Origin: Lytechinus pictus | Taxonomy: Eukaryota | Length of the DNA: 64,000 nt | Direction of reading: 5' to 3' | NCBI RefSeq assembly: GCF_037042905.1 | Contig: NC_087250.1 | Span: 18,354,001-18,418,000, forward strand | Part shown: in pieces, positions 38,649 through 50,664 of the stretch | Layout: each line of letters begins with the position of its first letter | Numbering within the stretch: the first letter of the stretch is position 1 | Notes under the pieces: generated by a model | Database searches by the model: none | What the model was told of the DNA's origin: nothing | What the model saw: only the letters and a program-made list of their open reading frames with translations | Program-made: the position numbers and the translations under genes

Positions 38649-39372
38649 GTAAGTAAAGAATTTCACATAATTATTCGCCTAAAATTTATTCTAATTCATT
38701 TAAATGTTATTTCTTCTATAAGATGAAAAAAAAACCATACATACAAAATATCTGACAATGCAAACTGTACAGGAGAGATATGGGTGTATTGTTTGTATAA
38801 ATGGGCCTATAAGGACTAACAGATCAATGTAACTTGCATGAAAGTAATGACAATAAAAATACAGTCGTAAATCAATGATTTTATATCGCTTTACTTGGAC
38901 ATTTATAAAGAATCAGAGGACATATAAAATAAAAGATTTACATGGTAATTTCCAAACAAAATTGATAGAGGAAGTAAAAAAAAGGGTTCTGTTTCATAAA
39001 TACTTGTTATAGTAACAAATACACAATTTCTATATTCAAATTTAAGCAAGAACTTCTGCAGAATTTGAATTAGTTATATTTTTACAGAGAACTTAGATAC
39101 ATTATACGCAATGAGGGTAACGAACACTTCTGCATTATTTTCAAATGTTGGAAAGTTACTTTTTTGTTGTGTTTATAATGTTGATAAAATGTCATAACTT
39201 TGTTATTCATTGTCCGATTTGGATAACAATTGCCTTGTTCGGTTTACTTCAGTACTTGATCTATTTATATCATATTTTTTTCAACCTGGTGTACCCCTTT
39301 AATAACACCAGTCGATCATCTCACTTCCATAGATACCCTATTGCCAGAAGGAAATCTCCATCTCTCGCCATC

Positions 39373-39641
39373 ATGACGACTGCTGTTCACCAGATGCTCC
39401 TCATCACGCTGTGTCTCGGCGGCGTGTTCGTCGTAGCTGCCGACAACGAGCCCGTCCACTGCATAGAGGAGTGGTTCACGCTCCATGCCGACATCGGCAA
39501 ATGCTTGTATTACTCGAACTACCAGCGGAGTTGGTACTCGGCCCGGTGGTACTGCGCCCACGGGCATACCCACCTCTCCGGGACTCAGCTCTTCTACCCG
39601 GCTGATGATCTCGAATTCAACGTAACTCGTCAACTGATGAT
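39373..39641 (+). CDS. Secreted C-type lectin-domain protein, coding exon 1 (signal peptide and N-half of CTLD)
   Basis: gccatcATG; MTTAVHQMLLITLCLGGVFVVAA signal peptide; C-IEEW...GKCLYY..RSWYSARWYC long-form CTLD pattern; donor AT|GTAAGT at 39642 (phase 2). Confidence 0.88.
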
Positions 39642-39674
39642 GTAAGTCGCGCCTAGTACTGAATTTGTTTCAAC

Positions 39675-39904
39675 ACCACCATTTTTTTGTCATCACTATC
39701 ATCACTTTCATCACCATCATCATCATCACCACCACCACCATCATCATCATCACCATCGTCATCATCACTATCATCACCATCATCACCATCATCATCACTA
39801 TCATCACCATCATCACCATCATCATCATAATTATCATCACCATCATCATTATCATCATCATCACCACTACCATCATTATCATCATCATCACCACCATCAC
39901 CATC

Positions 39905-39936
<32 letters not shown>

Positions 39937-40164
39937 CATCATCACCATCATTATCATCATCATCGCCATCATCATCATCATATCATCATCACCATCATCA
40001 CTATCATCACCATCATCATCATCACTATCATCACCATCATCACCATCATCCTCATCACTATCATCACCATCATCACCATCATCATCATAATTATCATCAC
40101 CATCATCATTATCATCATCATCACCACTATCATCATTATCATCATCATCACCACCATCACCATC

Positions 40165-40196
<32 letters not shown>

Positions 40197-40535
40197 CATC
40201 ATCACCATCATTATCATCATCATCGCCATCATCATCATCATATCATCGTCACCATCATCACTATCATCACCATCATCATCATTATTATCATCATCATCAT
40301 CATTATTATCATCATCATCACCACTACCATCATTATCATCATCATCACCACCATCATCACCATCATCATCATCATCATCACCACCACCATCATCCTCATC
40401 ATTATCATCATCATCGCCATCATATCATCATCAACATCATCACTATCATCACCATCATCGTCATCATCATCAACAACAACGAAAACAACACCACCACCAC
40501 CACCACCACCACCATCATCATAATCCTCCTCATTA
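39675..40535 (+). repeat. Compound (ATC/ACC)n microsatellite in the lectin intron
   Basis: About 860 bp of cat/cac triplets with an internal block duplication. Confidence 0.95.
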
Positions 40536-40783
40536 TCATACTTTAAAAACTCTCGTCATGCTTGAGCTGTCGTGTTCTAGTTCTAGATATACCTCCGGAA
40601 TAATTTTGGACTTTGGAGGTTCAAAGCTCCACTGCAGCACTACAAAATCAGTCCTACCACCATAACTGCGATGCAATGCTATACGCCTCACTGTCAGCCA
40701 TACCCCCCCCAAAAAAAAAAAAAAATAATAATAATAATAAATAAAAGAAAAATGCCACCATACCAGTATAAGCATCATATCTG

Positions 40784-41241
40784 GGCCCCGTCTTACAAAG
40801 AGTTATAATTGATCCGATCAACCGTAATTCTATGGAAATCCAGTATTGTCATAATATTTTCTACAAGAAATTTTTTAAAAGTCCTTTGTAAACAAAAAGA
40901 AGCACACTGAATTTTCAGGACAACCATGGATGTACGAATACATCATAGTTAGAAAATATTTTGAACAAACATGCATTTTCAGATGTTGACATTCCTGGCT
41001 TTCCATAGTTGTGATTGGTTGGATCAATCTCAACTTTATGGAAATCCATCCGCACCATAATTTCTACAGGAAATTTGCACAATCACGTAGTAAACAAAGA
41101 GAATCACATTGAATCTTCAAGAGAATGAGGAATTATTTTCTAGAATATATGTTCAACAACTTTGCATTTTAAATGTTGACGATGTGGCCGTCCATAGTTG
41201 TGATTGATCGGATCAATCGTAACTCTTTGTAAGACGGGGCC
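40784..41241. mobile_element. PIF/Harbinger-like MITE
   Basis: TIR ggccccgtcttacaaagagtta/taactctttgtaagacggggcc; 3-bp TSD CTG. Confidence 0.85.
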
Positions 41242-41610
41242 CTGATAGACCCCAGTATAGACTATTCTTAATTGCTTATAATTATCAAGAGAGTGACGAC
41301 ATCGGACAATGATCCAAAGGCGTGGCATGATGAAAGCCACGCCCATTGAGGAAGGAGGGGGTGGGGTGACAATGCCTCACAAGCTCGATCCCGACCTCCC
41401 GTGGATCGGTGGCCCCTAACATCAGTGACCAAGGTTTCCTTCGCAGCATATGGGGATGCTGCCCGAGTCAACAGGGGTATCGCCGTGGTATTTTACAAGA
41501 CTTCCATTTTTTTACAACGGAATTACGCGGATTAAGTAATCTAAATGTATTTTCTTTCCCCCTTTCTATCTTTATTCCCCACCATTTTTCACTTCGTGAA
41601 ACCACATTAG

Positions 41611-41893
41611 TGACAACAACGATTCAAAGGCGTGGCTTGGGGTCTGCAAAATATCTAATGGTAACTTCGTGACATCCAACGGACAAGACTACACCGACAT
41701 CTGGACCGGTTCGTACGGGCTAACCGACTCGGTAAACCCAACCGGATTTCTCGAAATGCGCAGCTGGTCCCCGGCCTTCCGTTACAGATACCAATACTGG
41801 CGGACAAGGCATTACATCTGCGGGAGGGATGCGTGTCGCATTGATTGCGATCGCGTTGATGCGCTCATAGAAGCATTCGAAGATCTGCTCTAG
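41611..41893 (+). CDS. Secreted C-type lectin-domain protein, coding exon 2
   Basis: Acceptor cattag|T completes ATT in frame: IDNNDSKAWLGVCKISNGNFVTSNG...RHYICGRDACRIDCDRVDALIEAFEDLL*. Joined CDS is 552 nt = 183 aa; AWLG corresponds to the WIGL motif and YIC to the terminal CTLD cysteine. Confidence 0.86.
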
Positions 41894-42312
41894 AAATGCT
41901 AAAACCATGAAAAGTGATCATTCCTAAGAATACCCATGACTATCCCTTATTCCTGCACCCCCTTTTCTAGTTATGTATTTAGCATCTCAATGAAATAACA
42001 TTATCATAATTTGTTCAACCTGAAAGGAACAGAAGACAGATCTTGCATGAATTTTTGTCGGAGTGGAATAGGCGGCGAATTGAGTCGGCAAATTTTGTGG
42101 GCGTGAGACCGTGGCTTATGGGGTGGGGTGGGGGGTCTAGCTGCATGTTTAAAATATGTAAATGTAATTAATTGACAGTTTTCTATTTTAATTTAAACCA
42201 ATACAGGCTTCCTCTATACTAATTTAATGTAGCATTCACTTTTTCAGTTTGAAATTAATCTCTTTCAGTCGAGACTCAAGGTCAATAGGTGTTCAAATTA
42301 AAATAAACTCTT

Positions 42313-42512
42313 AGGGGGCGTTGCAAGAAGATATTTGCAATCAATTGCAAATTTCAGTTACAAATTCGCAAGTGATAGACCAACTAGCAATTCAATTTAT
42401 ACTTGTTGATGCAAGAAGCAAAGCGGTAATTTATTACAAATTTGCAATGAGTTAAGACTTGTGATTGAATTTCTCACCTAATATTGACTTGCAAGTTCCT
42501 TGCAATGCCCTA
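42313..42512. mobile_element. Small Harbinger-like MITE
   Basis: agggggcgttgcaagaa / ttccttgcaatgccct inverted ends; a related degenerate copy lies at ~15582-15752. Confidence 0.5.
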
Positions 42513-42669
42513 TTAGATTGTTTTATTCTGTCATTATAGTAAGTTCGCCCCTAACGATCTAATTCGGATTTAGGACTATTAAAATCTCACGATTCAAATT
42601 CGCCTATTTTGGAATTGTGTTCTTCTCATTTTAATAAGTGTACACCTTATTACCATTAAATTAATTTCG

Positions 42670-43520
42670 GTTGATTGGTTAATTGATATGATGGTTGATA
42701 TTTTTTTGCCCGTTGGTAGGTTGATTGGTTGGCTGATAAGCTGGTTGTTTGGTTGATGAAGTTGATTGGTTGGTTAATTGGTTGATATGTTTGTTACTTG
42801 ATTGACTGGTTAGTTTGTTGGTTGGATTGTTGGTTAAATTTTTTTTTTGGTTGGTTTGTTTGTTTGTTGGTTTGTTTGTTGGTCTGTTTGTTGGTTAGTT
42901 GGATTGTTGGTTAGTTAGATTGTTGGTTTGGATTGTTGGTTAAATGTTTGTTTGTTGGTTGGTTTGGTGGTTGGTTTGTTTGTTGGTTGGTTTATTGGTC
43001 TGTTGGTTGGTTCGTTGATTGACTGGTTTGTTGGTTGATCAATATGTTCCTTTGTTTGGTTGATATGTTTGATTAGTTTATTGATTTGTTAATTTTGTTG
43101 ATTTATTGATGTTTGGTTGGTTTAGTTGTTTGTTAATTGGTTGGTTGTATGGTTTGTAGATTGGTTATTTGGTTTTGGGTTGGTTTGTGTTTTTTGTGGG
43201 GGGGGGGGGTTGGTTGGTTAAATTGTTTATTGGTTGGCTGATTGGTGCGTTAGTGTATTTGTTTGTTATTTGATTGATTTGTCTGTCAGTTTGTATTTTG
43301 TTGGTTTGTTCGCTATTTATTTTTTATTGGTTTGATTGCTATTTGAATACTTAATTTGTTGATTGAAAAGTTTGTTGGCTGATTGGTTAGTTTGTCAGTT
43401 GACTTTTTTGGAGGGTGTGGTTTATTTGCCGAGTCTTTGGTTTATTGGATGGGTTTTTCGCCGTTTGATTTGTGTCTGGTTCATTGGTTGGTTGTGCGTT
43501 GTTTTGTATGTTTATTGATA
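42670..43520 (+). repeat. Degenerate (GGTT/GTTT)n low-complexity tract
   Basis: Direct observation. Confidence 0.85.
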
Positions 43521-43532
43521 GTATATTCTGAT

Positions 43533-43638
43533 CAGAGGCGGATCCAGGATTTTCCAAAAGGGGGGGGGGGCGTATTTTCCCCGAGGAAAGAGGGAGGCAC
43601 AGGCCAGCTTTGCCCCCCCCCCCCTCGATCTGCCAGTG
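43533..43638. mobile_element. 106-bp hAT-like MITE
   Basis: cagaggcggatcc...gatctgccagtg with 8-bp TSD ATTCTGAT (43525-43532, 43639-43646). Confidence 0.85.
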
Positions 43639-44264
43639 ATTCTGATTGTCCTGTCTGTTTGTTCTTTGGTTTACTACTAGTTTTTTTTGCAGATGTAGTG
43701 ATTAGTTTGCTTATTGGACTTTTTTTCTTGTTTTGTCCACTGATTGTTCTGTGATTGAATATTTTTTCTTCTGTCACACAAATCATTTTATTTCCAAGAA
43801 TGGTTTTCCTCTTTGTAAAAGACCCGCAAATATCATCAAACCAGGGGCCACAGCAGGATAATTAGATTGGAGGGGAGGGGGGAGGGAAACTGAAGGTGAT
43901 GTCATTTTTTTTCAATTAATATCATAGACATATCAACGATGAATGATGATGACACCTGTAGCTGAATTTATATAGCACTTACCCAGGCTATAGCTTGAGC
44001 TACTACTTAATAATAATACACTGAAACAAGAAGCATTCATATAGCTAGTGCTTAATAAATGTTTCTAAGCGCTGAATACTATTACCCCCGTTTTAGCTAC
44101 CCTGATCGTAAGCTCGGGTATTCAAGGAATTTCTTTACAGAGATGCATACCCCAAACTTCCCCTGTATATTCTTTACCTATTTATTTTTTTCCATTTTCT
44201 CCCTCTATTTTTCAATACTTGAAAAAAATGGTAGGGACGGTTGCCCCATTAATAATATGCGACA

Positions 44265-44503
44265 TTCATATAGCACTTAATACAAATGTCTCTAAGCGCT
44301 GAATTCTATTACCCCAGCTATCCTAATCGGACGCTCAAGCATTCAAGGAATTCCTTCCAACTGGGTACCCATTTACTACACCTGGGTGGAGAGTGGCAAA
44401 TGTAGATAAATGTCTTGCCAAACGACGCAAGTGCTGCGGTAGGATTTGAACCCCGGACCTTGTGATTTAAAGCCCGGAGACTTATCCACTGAGCCACAAC
44501 ACC
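44265..44503 (-). mobile_element. tRNA-derived SINE (deuterostome core type)
   Basis: On the minus strand: head ggtgttgtggctcagtggataa...ggggttcaaatcc, then core cccaggtgtagtaaatgggtaccc. Same family as 35690-35900. Confidence 0.82.
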
Positions 44504-44900
44504 AATGCCCACCATCCCCCCCCCTCATTCCCCTGTGGAGCCGCCCACACAACATTAATGAAAAACAACAGTTCATTCATTACTACAATATGGTATTTAT
44601 TTTGTTTATATATATATCATCTTCCATTAAACACTAACATAAACTTTTATTTACATTTAATGCCACTAAATACAATACAATATATAATAAATTACAACTA
44701 CAAATATACCCTCTACTTTAATAATGAAAACGACATGAGATGTGAAAATGGAATCAATTATACATTCAAAATTAAAAAAGGGCTTATATAACAAGAGTCA
44801 AGGCCAGGTAACATGAAGCTTAGCAATCGATCATGGGACTGTTTTTTATGATTGATATATATAACTTCTGAAAGTTTCCATGGCGAAGAAGAATAGTGTC

Positions 44901-45098
44901 GTAGGTTTCATGGTACACCATGTATCTTTCTTGGGCAAGTGTTGGTCCTGAAAAGGACCACCCAATCTCGATGTTTCGACAAGTGTGTTCTTGTCGTCAT
45001 TCTCCTGAGGACGACAAGAACACACTTGTTTGATTGGGTGGTCCTTTTCAGGACCACCACTTGCCCAAGAAAGATACATGGTGTACCGTGAAACCTAC
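44901..45098. mobile_element. ~200-bp palindrome, probable inverted Penelope-like terminal-repeat remnant
   Basis: Near-perfect reverse-complement arms containing CTGAGGA, a gacaag/cttgtc stem and GAAAC. Confidence 0.55.
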
Positions 45099-46339
45099 TA
45101 CACGATTTACATATATATATATATATATAGGAATGTGTGAGATCTACTAAAAAAATGCAGCCTTGCCCTAAATACATTCAAATTCAAGGCTAGTAAGATT
45201 GAATATACAGGTAACTTGCATCTCTTTGTACCACAGAAATCTATTTGGAATAAAGTCATGCGGGCATCAAATGTCAATGAGAGTGGATTTTCATTTGCTG
45301 ACCCCAGACTTCATGAAATGCATTGGAAATGCATGTAATAGAGACTTCTTTGGGGGAGAGCAAACTTGATGTACAAGCATGATATTCATTTACTGAGTCT
45401 GATCAACCTCAGGCAACTATCAGACAGGGAAAGTGACATTATCACCTTTTAATATCATATTTATTATTATTAGTATTTTTAATTCTGTATTTATGTCTGA
45501 AAATGAAAAAAAATGAAAATCCATATTTTATTGTTCAAAATAGACATGAAATGAAATACTCTGAAAATTTGATTTGCCCAATTGTTCGTTGGCCCGGCAG
45601 CCGCTGTGCAGCTGACCCCTATATGTATATTTCTGAAATGAATTTTCAGTTTGAAAAAAGGTACTAATCTTCGTTCAATCACTGACACATGCAGACTTTG
45701 CATTCCCTTGTTGAAACTCTCCTCTGCCAAAAAACATTTAGCTGCCAAGACTTGGAATGCCATCCCTCTTCCAATAAGAAATGAAGTATTCTTGGCTTCA
45801 AATCTTCCTATAAGACATACCTTTTTCCTCAATAATTAATTTCCCTTTTTATCTTGAATATTGTTATTATTGCAAATGTTGAATTATTATTCATACATTA
45901 TACGAGCTATGGTACTCTTTGTTTTTAGCGCCTCTAAATATCCAATATTAATATTATTATTACTAATAATCTCATACTTCCAATTATATTTAGCCCTCAA
46001 CCTTTCCTAATGAGTACAATCCAAAACCAAAACCTGTAAAAAATAAATAAACCATTAACCCAGGTTTTCCCAAATTTGCTACGCCCCATTTAACATATAA
46101 AAGTACATGCCCTGCATTTCCATAGTGTGTTACAGTTTAAGCACCAGAAAATTTTTAATAAGTTAACAAGGAGCCTGTATAGTTTGTTACAAAAGGACAC
46201 TTACTGTAATATAGATGTATATGTAATAAGAGTTGTACATGTGTGTGTGCATTTCTTCTACTTTGAGCTTCTACTGGTCTTCAAGGTTGAGCGTCTGTTC
46301 ATCACATAGCTTTGACTGAGATGGCTTCCCTTCGCTGTT

Positions 46340-46392
46340 TCATGAAGCAAATGACCCGCACGACAAATCCAAATTGCATGCTTTGTTCCGTG
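46340..46392 (-). CDS. MASTL: Greatwall kinase, last coding exon (ARNKACNLDLSCGSFAS*)
   Basis: Acceptor ttttccag|, phase 1. Corresponds to the ARN...SGFS tail of vertebrate MASTL. Confidence 0.85.
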
Positions 46393-47652
46393 CTGGAAAA
46401 TGAAAATCATAGTGTCACAATGATTATTAGTACACTCTACATTAACAATGCTGTAAATGGAAATGATTCAATTACGACGTATTTCTCTCTCTTTTTTTTT
46501 ACACGAGTTGAAATGCACACATGTATTCAGGATATGTCTCCCTTGTTGCAAAATATGTTACAGCAATGATTTATCCAGACCTGCCAACCTCTGGAACTTA
46601 AAAAGTGTATTCTGTGATAAAAAAAGTGTATTTCATAATAAAATGCATGGCACACTCGCTCATCGCGGGGCTCAAGCTGCATGCAAGCTAAAATGCGCAC
46701 TGCTCTTGCAGATGATAAAAAATAAATAAACATGTGTATATCTCACCCTGGTTTGTTAACAAAATGATTGAAAAAAAAACAAGTTACCTGAAATCACTTT
46801 TTTTTTTTATTTTTTTTTTTTTACAAAAATATATTTTTTTAAAGAAAAAACGTACTGCTGTATTTTGGTTGCAAAAACATACTAAATACGCCAAAACGTA
46901 CTGGTTGGCAGGTCTGTTTATCTTACACATTAAATCAGTAGACAATGCACTTATTTTTTTTACTTTTAGAGGACAAAATTTGAATAAATATACATTTAAT
47001 TTCACATGATAAAAGACAAAAGAATAAGTCAGGATGTGCCATCATCAGCTTGCTCATTGAAATATCCATGAAGACATAATGTATAGAACTGTTTTACCGA
47101 AATTGTGCAAAACTGTCATAAGTTTGTTATTCCTTGTCTAATTCTGATGAAATTTTCAGTATTATGTTTGTCTGATTTTACTTTATCTGATCAAATCATA
47201 TTATTTTCAGCCTACAATACCTCTTTAAATCCAATATAACCATTTTAGCCCTGAATCAGCCCCCCTCCCCCATCTTCTTAAATAGGCGTTGAAATAGCCC
47301 AGTATTTTTTGACAAAAAAGAGTGTTTTTAAAAACTTGTCTCAACGTAACAATCGCCAGCCTATTGTAGTGAGATCGGTGAAAAAACATGTGAAATGACT
47401 CTACTTGAAAACTTGATAATTCACCCTTTTAAACATGTGCTCTTAGGCAAGAATTTACTTGTTCTTTTCATGCAACAAGTTACTGGCCCGACAGCAATTT
47501 TTACCGGTCTGGGACAGTCGGACCGGCGCTAGTGTCACGCGCTGTGTACGATACATACTCCATGATCGTGTTGGTGTATTTCTATTAAAATCATGGAATA
47601 AATACTCTAAAAAGGGAACGGTTGGCATGTCTGTCTTAACTGGTATACTCAC

Positions 47653-47763
47653 CATCAAAGTATGTTGTGTCTGTTTCATCATCAGGGGCGGGTACAAAAG
47701 GAGGCTCCAGCTCTCTTACATGGTCCCAGTCAAGCTCATTCAGAAACTCATGCTGCTTTACAT
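47653..47763 (-). CDS. MASTL: Greatwall kinase exon (AGC C-tail [37 protein letters not shown])
   Basis: [17 protein letters not shown] tail; ag|...|gtgagt. Confidence 0.93.
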
Positions 47764-48530
47764 CTAATGAAACAATTAAATAGCATAAATTATTGACTGG
47801 CATTGCATGAGATATCAACCCATATCATCCCGAACTTTACAAATATTGCTGTCACACACAGCTTGGGTAATATTTACTCCACCTCTCTTACATGATCACA
47901 ATCAAACTCATTCAGAAACTCATGCTGCTTTACATCTGATGAAACAAACATCATTCAATAGCATAAAATATTGACTGGCATTCAATGAGATATCAACCTA
48001 TATTGCTTGATTTTAATCCAATATTGTCCATTCCAACACCTTGGGTAATATTTACTCCACCTCTCTTACATGATCACAATCAAACTCATTCAGAAACTCA
48101 TGCTGCTTTACATCTGATGAAACAAACATCATTCAATAGCATAAAATATTGACTGGCATTCAATGAGATATCAACCTATATTGCTTGATTTTAATCCAAT
48201 ATTGTCCATTCCAACACCTTGGGTAATATTTGCTCCACCTCTCTTACATGGTCACAATCAAACTCATACAGAAACTCATGCAGCTTCACTGATGAAACAA
48301 ATATCATTCAATAGCATATAATATTGACCGGCATTATATGAGGTATCAAACTACATTGCCTGATCTTCATCCAATGTTGTCCATGCATACAGCTTGGGCA
48401 ATATTAGTTCCAGCTTTTTAATATCCAATCAAACTCATTTTAGAACCTTATGATCTCATATCTCATGAAAAAAATTATAATTCAACAGCAAACAATATTG
48501 ACTAGCATTGAATGAGATATCGACCAACAA
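47710..48530 (-). repeat. ~178-bp intronic tandem repeat derived from a MASTL acceptor and exon start (4 extra copies)
   Basis: ctctcttacatg...cagaaactcatgctgctttacatct recurs at ~47884, ~48061 and ~48239, with a decayed copy at ~48420. Confidence 0.88.
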
Positions 48531-48982
48531 TAAAGGATACTGATACTGAATAGTAATTTGTCACTTTATTTGACATTCAAATCATAATAAATGAAAGAAT
48601 ACCATCACAGAACAAGGTGGTTCACAAACCTTTTGACCCCCAGATGACCTTTGACCCCATTATCCTCATGAGCACATATGTGCCCAAGGATCATATGTAC
48701 CAAGTGTGAACAGAATTGATTTAGAAATAAAGAAATGAGAGCAAGTTGAACAAAATCTTTATCGTTTTTGTAATAGACTAACAGGTGACCCCTAAGTCTC
48801 TGCCAAACTTTGTTCAGGCAGGACAAAACAAAGTTAAAGTTAGGATAAGGTCAGGATTAGGATCATGATTATGGCTTGAAATTAGGGCTCAACTTTGTCT
48901 TAGTGCACACAATTTTCCATCAAGGAAAATGTCGGCACAACAAACATCAAGAAAATAACATCACCACAACTTCTCTTCATAC

Positions 48983-49084
48983 CTATAGCTGTTGGTCTCT
49001 GTTCTGGTGCCAATGTAAGAAGCTTCTCAATAAGATCCTGGGCTATAACTGATATTGCTTCATCTCCTTCGGGCCAGGAAAGGT
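48983..49084 (-). CDS. MASTL: Greatwall kinase exon (DLSWPEGDEAISVIAQDLIEKLLTLAPEQRPTAI)
   Basis: Kinase subdomains X-XI; atag|...|gtatga. Confidence 0.93.
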
Positions 49085-50116
49085 CTATATTCAAAGTTGG
49101 AATTAAAAAAAATATTTTTTTTAACCTTTTTTCATGATATAAAAAAATATATATTATTGAGTACTATTAATGATAAAAATAATGTCTTACTTCCCAAGGG
49201 ATGCTAGTACAGCCATTACAAATGGTTTGAAATCGCTTTAAATCATCTTAAAATGTGTTTTGATTTTAAACCATGCCAACCATGTCTGTATTGAAAAAAA
49301 CATGCTTACCATCCCAGTTTTGATTTAAATTCCAATCAAGAAAGATCATGAAAATAGAAAGCATAGATGCCATAATCACCAGAAGAGTATACAGAAAGTA
49401 AGATTGTAACAAATGATCAGGGCTTGAATTAAAGGTAAAAGTAATAAATTGCAGCAAAAAATTATTTGATGAGAAAGTCTTTAAAAACAAGGTCAATTGC
49501 CACCATATCATACGTGTAGATCTCAATCTGGTACATTTACATAAAACTAATCTTTGTGAAATCTTAGCTTAAAAACGATAATTCTGAGAACACTAACCCA
49601 AAAGGCATATGTGGGACAATGTATTAATATTGCTTGAAAAAAATACCCAACATTTTCTTGAATCCTGTGCAAATTTTTCTCATTTCTCAGCAATTAAACA
49701 TTTTTTCCACAGCCATTTGGCACACATTTCTTATTTAAACTATTCATACATACAAACACTTGGGTGGTCATTTTATTGGATTCTGTTCGAACTCATTTTG
49801 AGATCGTTACCACAACTAGCATTTATCTTTAATAATTCAAAGGGGCAAAGTCATTTTTTATTAGAGCACTTAAAGGAAAGGGAAGGCAGTGCTCACTTAA
49901 GTGTCATCCACGAACATTAAAAAAGGGCACACAAGTAAAATTTCAATAGGACACATGATCTGGATTACCACAGGGCACTAAGGCCACAAGCAAAAGGGTA
50001 CTTAATTTGGCCTTAAGTCTACAAATACTTGAAAGGGCATCAAGGCTATTCTGAAGGCAATGGAAGCATAGGCATTGGGTTAAAGTGAAGCAATAAATGA
50101 ATATGAACATACTTAC

Positions 50117-50230
50117 CTCGACTAAGGATATTTTGGAAGACGAGGTCTGGTGAGTTGTCACAGAACGGAGGGATGCCAATCAAGAACTCATAAAGACACA
50201 CACCAAGCGCCCACCAGTCCACGCCAACAC
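50117..50230 (-). CDS. MASTL: Greatwall kinase exon ([38 protein letters not shown])
   Basis: Subdomain IX DWWALG; ctag|...|gtaagt. Confidence 0.95.
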
Positions 50231-50402
50231 CTAGAACATGAGAGAATAAACAATTTTTTTGAAATGTGAATTATTATCATCATCACCATCATCATCATCA
50301 CTATCACCATCCTTCATCATTGCCATCATCATCATTTTCATCATCATTACTATCACCATCATCATCCTCATCATCACTGGAGGTACTTTTCCCCATATTC
50401 AC

Positions 50403-50561
50403 CATGTGGCTGTTGCAAGAGCAGCTCCGGGGCCAAGTAATCCGGCGTACCCAGGATCCTCTCTTCTTGTGGCTGTCCACTCGCAGCCTGGAGAGGGCGC
50501 CGTTTGCAACTCTTCGGCGACCGGAGAGGGGTGGGTCCAGGGGTTATGAGGTCAACTCGAC
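50403..50561 (-). CDS. MASTL: Greatwall kinase exon (TPLRSPKS...[15 protein letters not shown])
   Basis: Subdomain VIII; ttcag|...|gtgaat. Confidence 0.95.
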
Positions 50562-50633
50562 CTGAAAGTAAAGGAAAGAGATATGGTAAAGCCAAGGGTT
50601 AATAATTAAAGGTGATATAAAATGTCACGTGAA

Positions 50634-50664
<31 letters not shown>

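Noticed and set aside
39145..39372. Upstream extension of the lectin ORF (166-aa call)
   Set aside because: AT-rich intronic/MITE-like sequence; the signal peptide and Kozak context start at 39373.
39665..40423. Poly-Ile/Met/His ORFs
   Set aside because: Translations of the (ATC)n microsatellite inside an intron.
45651..45839. Possible coding exon
   Set aside because: Resembles a decayed LINE RT tail (NLR...IP...WNAIP); too weak to annotate and lacks splice context.
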